Below, piece after piece: positions 48,601 through 60,600 of a stretch of DNA of 64,000 nt; positions within the stretch are counted from its first letter, which is position 1; each line of letters starts with the position of its first letter. This DNA is from an uncultured Planctomycetales bacterium. GTDB taxonomy: Bacteria; Omnitrophota; Gorgyraeia; Zapsychrales; JANLHA01. Where the stretch lies: NCBI GenBank assembly GCA_964374105.1, contig CAYJXI010000001.1:7743-71742 (forward strand), given 5' to 3'. The position numbers and the translations under genes are program-made. Under the pieces are notes generated by a model. That model did not search any database. It was not told where the DNA came from and saw only the letters and a program-made list of their open reading frames with translations.

Positions 48601-51600
48601 CATTGAGTTTATGTATATCGCTGGAGCAGAGCATTACAATCGTGAAAAAGATGGAGAATTAGACACTATTGGTAAACTCGAGAAATTCCTTCCCGAGGCT
48701 GGGGTCGATTTTAAATTTGTCAAGGCCATCTTCCATCAGATGGAAGAATACCCAGTCACCCAAAAAATAGAAAAGATTCTGAGGGTCATGTTTATGCCAG
48801 CCTTTGAATTTCTGGCCTCCGCTCGACAGGCTAGAAAAGGAGATTTAAGCGCCGTTCCATTTACAGTTTATCGATTTGCTAAAGAAAATCAATTGAATTG
48901 GTTTGGATTAGAAAAACCGCAAGCTATCTCCACCTCACCTAAGGTTTCTGACATGGCGGGCAGTACTCAGCCGACAGCTACCCCACCGGTTATACCACCG
49001 GCAACCGAGGCCCCCCGCAGCGATAACAGCATCCGCAATGGACAAGGCGGCGGAGAAGATCAGCAAAAAGATCCCAGACGTAGTGTGCCGGGAGAATCGG
49101 TATTATCAGCCGAGGAGGTCAAAGGCGAAGTGGAAGATCGATTAAAAGAAGTCGAGGGAGATATCACCCGCTTCAAAGATATCCGCTCACTCAATCCCGG
49201 TGCTGTTCAATTAGCCTTGAATTCATTACCGATGGTGGAATCGGGGAAACCCGGCCAGATGATGGCCGGTCTCTTGGAGGTGTTCATTAAAGCCGGACGT
49301 GTCCGGGCCGGGCCTTTCAAAGAATTTTTAGCAACAGCCTATAAACACACCGATCAACAAGCCCGCCTGCCCCGTACAAGTTCCTCCGGGACTCTACGGG
49401 GCCTGCCGGACGGGCAGGAATATATCCTTCTTTCCACCCTTTATCCGGAGTACTTCAACAAACTGCAAATCGCTGCTTCCCTCATCCACGAAATTGGCGC
49501 TGTGTCCACATTCAATAAGTCAGAAGATGAAAATATCAAACGCCATGAGGCTTTCTTAAAACTTTCTGATAACCTCATGCGATATTCAGGTCCAATTGTT
49601 TTGGATCAACGCTTGTTTGAAATGTTAAGCCGCATGCAGTCCACCGGGAAACCGGTCATTACCGATCTTTCCTTAGAGGCCTTCTTACCCGAATTGAAAG
49701 GCGAAGCGCAAATGAGTCTTGCCAGTGGTGGGTTAGGCTTCCTCACCGGTGAGACCTGGGGTGCCTACCATCATTTAGAACAATTCCATGGAATAGGGGT
49801 GATGCCGCTTTATGCCCATTACTTCAATTCCTCAGGACAGTGGGTGAAGATTGATTGGCTAAATACCGAAGGGATTAAACCGGTCATGGTTAGAGATGCA
49901 CAAGGTAACGAAAAGATCCTTAGTTTCGATGTGGTTTATAATCGTCATCATTCCTATAAAGTGGAAATCTTCTGGATCAATCGAAATGGGATTCCGGTCT
50001 TCTTGATTTACGCTCCCCCAATTTTTAATCGTCTGTATCCGGGGGATGATCATCAGATCACCCAATTTACTTTCTTTGCCAGAACCTATGTCGAATTGAT
50101 GAAGAGACTGGGAATCCATCCGGATGTCGTGAGATTAAATGAACCCCAGCTTGTATTCGTGGCTTCCGCTATCAAGAACGATATTGATTGGTTCAATGAA
50201 TATCGAAAACAATCCCAGAGGGAAATCTACAGTAACTTTGAAGGTTCGCTCATTGTTACTACCATTCATACTCCCGAAAACGTGGCTATTCCCAGATGGT
50301 CGGCGGATTGGCTGAAAAATCATATTGGAGAGGATCTGGTGAGAGACTGGGACGGCGCTCGCGAGGCAATTGTCTATGAAGACTGGATAAAGAAAGTCCA
50401 TTCGGCGGTAGGGGTGGCGCGAGTCTCGGAGATCATCAATGCCGTCTCAGAGGAACATGCAGAAGTCACCAGGCTCGTTGTCCTGCCGCAATATAGAGAT
50501 AAGATTGTAGGGATTCAAAACGGCTCTGATCCAAGGTTGTGGTACTCACCGCAATTACAAGCAAAGGTTGATTCAGTGATCTCGCAGGAAGACATTACCG
50601 GAAAAGAATTATTTGACATTGGTCAGGCTCAGAAGGTTGCCCTCAATGAATATCTAGAAAAGAAATTTGGACCAGAGTTTAAATTCAGTGATTTACAAAG
50701 ACCATTGATTGGCCTGGTCAGACGGCTCGTGGCTTATAAGGAACAGAATATTTTGATTCCACTTATTCATTGGATTGTGGGTGATCGAAATCAATCCTAT
50801 GAAACTCCGTGGGGATTGCAGAATGGTCTGGAGGCTAATTTACTCATTGGCGGACATGCCCGGGATAGTTTTGGTGGTGAGTGGGTCAAAATATTTAAGG
50901 AATTGATGTATGACCAAAGAGTGAAAGGTAAATTCATCTTTGTCAATGATACCGGTATTGAATTGATGCGCTATGCCACCTCGGCCTCGGATATCTGGGT
51001 GAGTATCCCAAGAGCGACCCGTGAGGCCTCAGGCACAAGTGATCAGCGCGCCGCCCTCAATGGCCATTACAATATCGCCACCGCCACCGGCGGGCCGTTG
51101 GCTTATATTCAACACGGAGTAACAGGTTGGTTCATCGATGCCTTTAAAGACTGGAATTTTGAGGAAGTTGTTTATCGCTTTGACCGATTCGATCCGCAGA
51201 TTATTCAAATCTTCCAGCAGCAGGCGGCATTGCAGTTACATCTGTATTTAAAGGAGGCCGTGCAAAGATATTATGCCTATGTTGAAAACAGTGATCAAGC
51301 CTGGCTTGAGGGGATGCGGCAGGCCTTCCTCATGGCTCACCAAGAAGTGGCGATCAAGGTCATGATCGAAAAGTATGGATTGCTTTTTGAAAGCGCCTTA
51401 GATCAAACCGGGGCTCAGGGGTATCTTAAAAAGTACGATATATGGAAGAGGTTAAAGTCACAAGTCACAAGTCAGAAGTCATCCCTCGCTATCGCTCCCC
51501 GGCCCGCCAATCACAAGAGCCGGGGCGGGCAGGACAGGCAAGTCACAGGTCACATGTCAGATGACATCCCTCGACAAGGCTCGGGACAGGCAAGCCACCC

Positions 51601-54600
51601 CGGCCCGACAGAGCCGCAAGGCGGGGCGGGCATGCCACATGACACAAAGGAGGGTGACAGTCACCTTCCTTCGGCCATTGGCAAGGGAAGGGCGGTGGAA
51701 GAAGCCAAGAGTATCGCTCTTGAACCGCTTAAAGACCAATACCTTGAGGCCATTAATCGGGCAAGGAATGTCTTAGAAAGATTGGCGAAAGATCAAACGA
51801 TTCCTTTGGATGACCGGGAGTTTCTCATTCGCCTCCTTGGTTATCTTGAGGCCATGGGGCTGTTGTTAAATCAGGGAATCGTCACTATTGGGACATTTAA
51901 GGCGATCATTCGAGCGGTTGATGATTATCTGTTAGGATTCGGCGAACACCAGCCCATGCGGGTGACATTATCCATTGAGGTATTGGATGCAATCTTGAAG
52001 GATTCTTCTTTAAATCCAGAGCACATGGATCTTTTGATTGCCGAATATCTCTTCCATGAGGTTTATGCCTCCTTTGCACCGGAAGTGGATACCAAAGGTC
52101 AGCGTGATGAAGAGGAACACAAACGACGTTACGAAGGGATTCAGCGCCGGCTCTTTGGCAAAGAAAATATATTGGCTAAGTATTTGCGGGGTGTCCTTGA
52201 AAGTCATCTTTCACAGCCTGAAGTGGTTTCAAAAGCCCTCGATTCCCTCCCCCTTGTGGGGAGGGTTAGGGAGGGGGTGGAATCACAGTCTTCACCCTCC
52301 CCTAGCCCCTCCCATCAAGGGAGGGGAAGTGAAGAAGAAGCTGTAGAGAAAGTTACTAAGCCATTGACACGTGAAGGAGAGGATGAGCTGGCGGGATCAA
52401 ATATCCTGGATGTCATGAAGGAAGAAATCGAAAAGTTGCAAAATCATGTGATAACCCAGCGTCTTAAGAAAATGGAACTCCCGAAAGAGATTTTAGGATT
52501 TATTGGGGAAATAGATCAGTTATTGATGAAACTTAAGACCTCCACACGTAAAAATAAATTCAGTTTGATTCTCCAAATTTTGATTGCCATGAGCCGATTG
52601 CTTAAGGATATATCGCTAGGTGGAATGGACTTGGAAAAGAGACTTGTTGGATCAGAGTTTACTAATGAGCTAATGGGGCAATTTGAACGCCTTGGGATCA
52701 AAGGAAATCTGCAAATCATAGGCCTTGGTGATTTTTCTAGTGCCGGTAAAATCAACGAGGCCGTGGGATATATAAAGGCTTATGTCACCCTTCTTCAGAT
52801 AACCACCCGAGTTATCTCCCTTAAGGCCATGCGCTCTGGGCTAGAATTTGTCCTCAAAGGACCAGAAACCGATCAATTCTTTTTTACTCCCCTCTTTGGC
52901 CCCTCGAAACAAATTCGGGAAAAAGTGACCTGGAAACAAACAGGGGAGATCAGGCCATTATCGGATGTGGATTTGTTTGTTGAACAGTTGCGGTCATTGT
53001 TAAAGCGTCTCAATGAATTAGAAGCCATCCATGATAAAGCGGATCGGGAAACGATTGGGGAGATCTACCGTGATCTTCTCAAAGAAGGGGAAGATTTGCT
53101 TTCTCAAGAGAAGGGATACAAGGCTCCCACAGCCGATGGCAAGGCAGGATTGACCGGTGAGTTTAGGACTCAATTAGAAATATTCTTCCTTAAGATGACA
53201 ACAACGATCAATTGGGATATCCAGGTATTTTCAGATAGGTATTCGCAAACGTTTAAGTCAAGTATGTTTAAGTCGCTGGGCTTTGTTCAGCATTATTTTG
53301 GGAACATCATAAGACTCATGGGGATTGAGGAAGTAAGGGTATCAAAACTATTTAGTAATTTTGAGTTTAGAGCGGAATTAGCTAAAGAACCAGGAATGAT
53401 CACTCTGGATAAGGAAGAATCATTCGTGTTTGAGATGCAAACCTTGTCTTCCTTTGTTGAGGACAAATTAAGAAGACGTCCCGAGGCCCGTAAATATTTT
53501 GATTTTATGAATCAATTGAGTAAGAAATTCAAGGGTCAACTATCAAAAGTTCTATTTGAAGTAACGGTTTCGGCGATATCGATCAATGTCCTCTCAGAAG
53601 TACTCAAACTCTATTATTCCACAACAAAGATTAAAGACCAACAAAGCCAGCTGAAGCAATCATTAACCAAGTTCTTTGATAATTCGAGGATTCTAAGTGA
53701 GAAGACCGATGCGAAAGAAAAGGATCAATTGAGGGAGACCTTAGTCGATTTGATAAATCTTTTTGATCGAGTTGGGAGTGATGATGAGATAAGAGAGATC
53801 TTCATCAAGATGGCCCAATTCCGAGGCATTATGGATGCCTTAAGTTTTGATGAAACAAAAGCTCCAAAGATAGATCTGCCGGTTAATCAGCACTTGACTG
53901 ATCCTAACATAGATCAAATGGAGTATGTGATCCTTCAGCCCGGGATTGAGGCCTCCTTATACCTTCCCACAATAAAGGCCTTAAAGAAACGCAAGTTTAC
54001 GATTGTAGAAAATGATTTGTTCGCAAGGGAGTACTTAAAGAAGCTCATCGAGGTCATGGGTCTTGAATCAAGGGTAAAGATCAAAGAGATGGATTTAACT
54101 CGCCTTAAGGATGAATTTAAAGAAGAGAGCATCTCTACCTTAAGAATCAAAGAGGACGCGATTGCCTGGGATGAACTCCCAGAGGAGTGGTTTAAGACAT
54201 TGCCTTCCCTTATTGCCAAAGGCGGCGATATTCAGATTGCCCTCAAACCGCAAGGGTCAGAATCCAAAGTGATTCAATTGAAGGAAGTCCTGGAATCAGA
54301 AAAGGATAGACCTGAGGTTAAATTGATCCAGATGCTTTATCAGCACTTGGTTATTGAAAACAAATGGTCATTAGAATTTGGTCGCATGGGTAAGGGTAAA
54401 TTAGCCACGATGAAGACTGGCTTTGAGCGGAATGATATATATTTCGAGACGTTATTTATCTTTACCAAACCATACCCCGTTAAAAAGGAAGAGGCGAAAG
54501 CAGCAGAAGAAGTTGAATCTCAAGAACCCGAAGAAAGCGAGGAGCCAACTCTGCCGCAAGAAGAGACCATAAAACCAGACACAATCGTCTTGCCGGCAGA

Positions 54601-57600
54601 TCATGCAAAGTATGACGAAAGACTTTTTGCCGGGGACGCCAAGGCAGCGGAAGATATTTTCTTTGAGATCATCAGCGAAATATTGATCCAGAGAGAAGAA
54701 GCGAAAGAACTGCGGTCTGTTGTCATCAGGGCGAAAGTCAACAACGAAGGTGTGAGAGGCGCCTTTATGAGGCTGGGGATGATTGAGGTCAGGGAAGATG
54801 AAGACCGAGGCCTTTCCTTTGAAGAACTCCTCTTATCCTTAATCAAGCAGCAGGCAATCAGTTCAATAGAAGGCAAGAAAGTCAATGGCATCATTCACTT
54901 GATAGTGACGTGGGAGGAGCCAATTAAGGGAATTGAAAAAACCACCTTTCGTTTAGACCCGACTTACAAATTCAGTGAAACCTTCCGGTCCTTATGGAAA
55001 GAAGAAGGCGATTCTGTTGTCATCAATCCAAAGGCCGTAAGATCAAATAGGGTCGCAGAGACTTTTGTCCAATACTTGAGGAATGGCCTGCTGATATTGG
55101 ATGAGTTAAACCCGATCCCAGAAATGACCTTTGGCTTTACAACACAACTGGTCAATAAATTCCTCGATCAATTCAACGAACCTGCTTGGCTTGATCGGTG
55201 GTGGCCTGAAGAACACTATGAAGAATATCAAAAAGAGTTAAGACAGAGAGCGGTTGTCAAAGCTCAAGAAGACCAAGAGGCCAGAAAAGAAAAACTAAAA
55301 AAGAAAGAAAAGAAACCCGAAGGTGAACCCGAACATTACCCATTATCCCGGCAACTCAAAGAAATCTTTGCAAAGGAAATAGAAAAATTACAAAACCATC
55401 ATCTGGTCAAAATCCTTAAGACGTTGCCTCAACCGGAAGAGATTAGAAGGCACTTAAAAGAGGTTGAGGAAGTTATCAATGAGATCAACCAACTAAGCCG
55501 ACATGCCTTGCCTAAGAGATACCAGGGTATCCTTCAAAAACTGGGAACACTCATTAGTCAACTGGCCATGTCCGCCGTAAAAGCGGCTGTTGGTACGTGG
55601 ATGGAAGCTAAATTTAGCCAGTCGATGGGGTATATCAACAGTTACGTTATCGTCTTAACCAATACTTATCGTTCTATCAATATTAGAAGTAAACGAGCAG
55701 GCCTTGATATTGAATTAATAGTCTCTGAAGAAATTTTGGGACTTTTGAAAATTGATTCCCTGATTTTTGCTAGCGAACGGTTAGCTATTGAAGACTTAAC
55801 TCAATATTTTGGTTACCTTATGGAAATTTTGGATATCCTTGAATCCGTCAATGACCATTACAAAGAACTTCCTGAATTAAGGGAGACCTATGCAGAAAAT
55901 CTTAAAGATCTCATTGAGGAAGGGAAGGAAATGTCTCATCAAGCCATGCTTATTTTGCAAGATCAAACCAGCCCAACCGATTCAATCTTGGACCTGAAAT
56001 CTGAACATTTGATCCAATTGGAAATTTTTATCGCTCATCTAGTGAGTCTTTTAACCTTGACGCATGAATTGGTTTGGCCGGTCAGCCGTGAGAAACGCAT
56101 CAAACATCGTTTGGAATCATTTGGTCAATTGCAACAGAAGCTGATGGCTCTCTTGAAGGCCATAGGCGAGAAGGATCTTAATTCCAATAGGATTTTTGGT
56201 TATGACTATCGAGAATTTGCTCTTGCCTTGCCCGGCGCAGTCATGACAAGTCAGGATGAACATATTCTGGTTGAGAAAATTAATTTGATTCAAGAAATCC
56301 TTCAGAAATTTGAAACGCAGGCCGAAACAAAGAGGTTCCTTGATTTCTTTAGGAATCTAATAACGCAACTGATTGACTGGGGGATCTATGACGCCCTGGA
56401 AAGTTATCCTGCCAGGGATTTAGTTACCTTGATGGCGGCTGACTTCTTGAAGCGATTCTATTCAACGCCTCAGACCGCATCACTAAGGGAGCGAATTTTA
56501 ACGGCCTATCAAGCTCATCTCGAGGCCAATACAGATCAGATGGCAGTGATTCTTTTCTCGCGCGGTCAGCCGCCCCTTAATGAATACACGGTGCTGGTGA
56601 ATCTTGCCCAGAACGCTCAGAACGATCCATCGGCCGCCGGCCTCATAAGTTTATTAGCCAAATATCAACTCATAGTTGATTTATTAAAATTGCATAGAAC
56701 AAAGTATCAAACGAGACCCATGCCAGACAAGATTGATCCCAAGAATCCTAACGTCAATCAGTTCCCTTATGTCGATTTGGAAACAGGATTTGACGGTCTT
56801 TATAATCTCGTAGAACTTGAAAAAATAAAGGAGCGTCAGTTTATCTTGACCGATAATCCTTTGTTTGTCACTGAGTATCTTAAGAAGGCCGTTGAAATTC
56901 ATGGGTTAACCGGTCATGTCAAAGTGAAGAGTGTGGATGTTTTCGCTATTCAAAATGCCTTTGAGAAAGAGAGTATTGGCTCTTTAAGGATCCGCAGGCG
57001 AGTCCTTGAAAAGTCATCAATAAAAATTCAGAGTCCAGTCCTCCAAGAGATGACCGGGCTAAAAGAGGCAGTGACACTGCCTACCGATTGGTATTTGAGA
57101 TTGGCAGAACTCCTTGTAGAAGGCGGTCAGATGATCATTGATTTTAGTATACCAATGACCCAATCTAATACTCTTCTTGAAGTCCTCTCGAAATCAGGGG
57201 TTAGCTATCAAGACCATCCTTTAGTTCAAAAGATCGGGGTACTAATCATTAAATTCATAAGGCAGATTTATCAAGACTTGGTTACTCATCGGGGATGGGA
57301 ATTCCATGTCAAATTTGGCGGCTATAACAAAGAGGGAGAGTTTGTTAGTTTCACGGAACTTAAGGAGTCCAGCGAAACCCAGGAACAAGTTGTTATTATT
57401 ACCTTCACTAAACTCTCTAAGGGTGGTGAGCCCAAAGAGCCGCCTCAAGAAACTAAATCCAAAGAAGAAAAGCCCCTCACCCTTGAGGAACTCCTTAAAG
57501 TTAACCTTCTTTCTCGATTCAAAGACCAGTTGCGGAAATTAGAAGAACATCCTATCGTTAAACGCCTACAACGTGAACGCTTGAAACAATTTGAAGTCTA

Positions 57601-60600
57601 TAGGAAACCTCTGGAAGCCATAACACAAAAGATTCAGGCGGTGTCAGGGAGTGAAATCAAAGATGAGGTCTTTGCGGTGGTCCTAAAGAAACTGGAAGAG
57701 ACCGTTAATAAGATAATGAAAGAAGCCCGTGAGGCAGATGATTCCTTGAGATCTTATGCAGTCTTGTTGTTGTTGGCTTACTTGGATCTTTCTGTTCGAA
57801 CGTTGAGAGCTGGCATGGGATTTGAACTTTCCCGCGACTACATTCCTTTCTTTGGTCAGTCGATAAATGGTCAATGGAAGATCGATGATCGAAAAACACC
57901 GCTTAAATTTGGCGTTGAACAGTTTAAGAAAGATTTCACAGGATTAAGAAATGCCTTGGCGGATTATGAAAAGGAACAACACCTGCATAAAGCTTCCAAT
58001 GAAACTTTGGGCGAGAGGATAAGAGACATTTTAAAAGAAGCGGATTCCTTCATGGCGGATGAATCCCGTTACAAGGATGGATTGATCCCTGACTTTAGGA
58101 CTGACATGGAAAGCCTGATTCTGCGTTATGCCGAACTCATCAATTGGGATAAAGAAAAACTCTTTACGGAATCAACCAAACGCTTGAACCTTCAGGTCCG
58201 GGCTTGGATCAGCCATTACACCGGAAATATCTTAAGGAATATGGGTGTGGAGAGGATCACCATCCGGCAGCTGTTTAGGTATAACGATTTAAGAGACCAA
58301 TTGTTCAAAGAAAAGGATTTAGATATCTTAGATGAGGACGAACAGCTTATATTCGATCAAAAGCGGCTCGCGCGGACAATTGTTAAACAGATGGAACAGC
58401 TGGATGAGTTTAAGGAATTGATTCGTTTTATTGATCGAATGAGCGAAAAAATGAAACAAAGGGCAGAAGAAGCGGATTATCCAGTTGTTCTCTTAGGTGG
58501 CCTGGAAGCTATCAAAGAAGATTCTATCGTGAATTCAGCCGCCGGCCTCCTTAAAGGTTATTTCAATAGCTCGGAGAGTGACATCAGGGCAAAACGAGTT
58601 GGGGAAGCGATTGCAATAGCCGCTTCCGTAAAGAGTGGTGCCTTTCACCTTATAGATAGAGGAAGTGATCCAGGAAAGCCTACGCAAGAAGTCCTTGACT
58701 CGGTGGATGCGGTCTTACCTGTCATCGAATTGGCAGAAAGGTATACCTCTTTGGATGATTCTTCGGATCCGAGGGCCGTGATTCTAAGAAACCTCGCTGA
58801 TTATCAGGCCATGGAGGATAACAAGCCTATCTATTCTCAGTGGAAGAGACATGAGTCCATGCTTATCATTAAACACAGAGATTATCCTAAGATTGATGAG
58901 AAGCCATATTTAGAAATTGCCTCTGGGTTTTATAACGCCTTGTACTTACCCACGCTCCTTAAATCCGATGAACGTAACATTATCTTTGTCGAGAAACATG
59001 CCTTTGTTCGAAGATACTTATCGAGGTTGATTGAGCTTTACAGTCTTCAAGATCGCCTCCAAGTCCATCATCCGGAAGTGGAGTATGGACCCGAGGCCAT
59101 AAGGACGTTTAGATTAAAAGAAGTCATTGGCAAAATGGGAGGGGTTCTACCCAACTGGCATCTGCAATTGGCTCGGGTACTTGCTTCTGGCGGAGAGATT
59201 ATCTTAGGGCTTGAACCTTGGGGCGAGAGAGAAGAACGATTGGCTCTCAAAGAGATTTACCGTCAATTGGGCGATAAACCAGAGGCGAAATTTATTAGAA
59301 CCATGTTTGAAGATCTGGTCAAGAAAGGGAACTTCACCTTAGAGATGGGGCATATGGATGAGAGGGGTGAGTTTGTTTCAACGATGTCAGGATATAAACG
59401 AGATGGTTTGCTGGATATAGAAACACTGCTTATCTTCCGAAAGCCCTATGTGAAGAAAGAGGCGACTCAAATTCCTCCTCAGAAAGGCTATTTTATTAAG
59501 GACGATCAATTGCAAGATGAGTTAAAGAAGATCTTCTCAGAGGAATTGACTTGGGTCCTTGAGCACAAGATCACCCAGCGTGTTAAAGAGAGAGTTCCGG
59601 TGAAAGAAATTGGGGAACTGCTGGGTAAGATTAATAAAGTTATTGAAAAATTAGAAACCATGCCTTCGAAGGCTGACCCCTCTGAAGCTTTTGAAGGGCT
59701 TCTCCTAATCATTACCGATTTATTTGCAAGACTCATAACAATGGGAGAGGGCTTAGAGACGCAAATCAGGCAGAAAGATTTGGTGAATGCTTTACTCACC
59801 CAGCCGGGCGGATTTGAGGGATTTAAAGTCACATTAGAGGATATTCAAGGAGAAAAAGTGAAGCGATATGAAGATCTTCTGTCAGAAGAAGACAGGAAGG
59901 TCTTAAGCAGTCCAGAAAATATCGAATACTTCAAAGGCCTGGCCCTGGTCATAGATATCGCCATGAATCTCATCAAGTTAAGAGGTCTAAGGGCAGGTTA
60001 TAAAACCCATTTCAATCAATATGAGGTGATGCTCGTCTTTGATTCGAAACAAAAAGATCACCGCTTAACCGATGAAACCCGCAATATCCCGCAACTAGAA
60101 ATCTTTAAGAAAGAAATGCAGGCGTTGCGAGATCGGTTGCAGGAGAAGATTGATCAATATCAAAAAATTCTTACCCTTGATGAAACGATTCATGAGATCT
60201 ACGGAGAGCTGATTGTTGAGATTAACACAATTTTGGCCTCGGTTGAATCTCTTAAGGAAGGTCAATCAGAAATCCTGACCCCTGCCTTAAGACTTAAAGT
60301 AGAGATCTTAATCAACCAACTTTCGATTGCAAACGGATGGGATATGACGATAATCTCCGAGAAACATCCCCAAGTCTCTAAATTTTATCTTAAGAGAAAT
60401 ACCGGATGGATTCATCATCACGTGGCGAATATCATCCGGGCGTTAGGGATTGAAGATCTTCGCCTTGCCCATCTTTTTGGCGGGCATGATGAACGGTCCT
60501 ACGTGGAATACGAAGAGAAAGAAACGCTAGCCCTCGATCCCGAAGTTTCCCTGATCATCCGCTTAAGAGGTCTTCATAAAGAGATTGTGCAACTGATGCA

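Noticed and set aside
39890-51420. Interpreting RPE, GalE, PP2C, NadD-like and GT35 as separate genes of an operon
   Set aside because: I found no in-frame stop, no ATG with an upstream Shine-Dalgarno-like motif at the domain starts, and no non-coding gaps. Domains are joined by in-frame linkers and transmembrane segments in the same phase.
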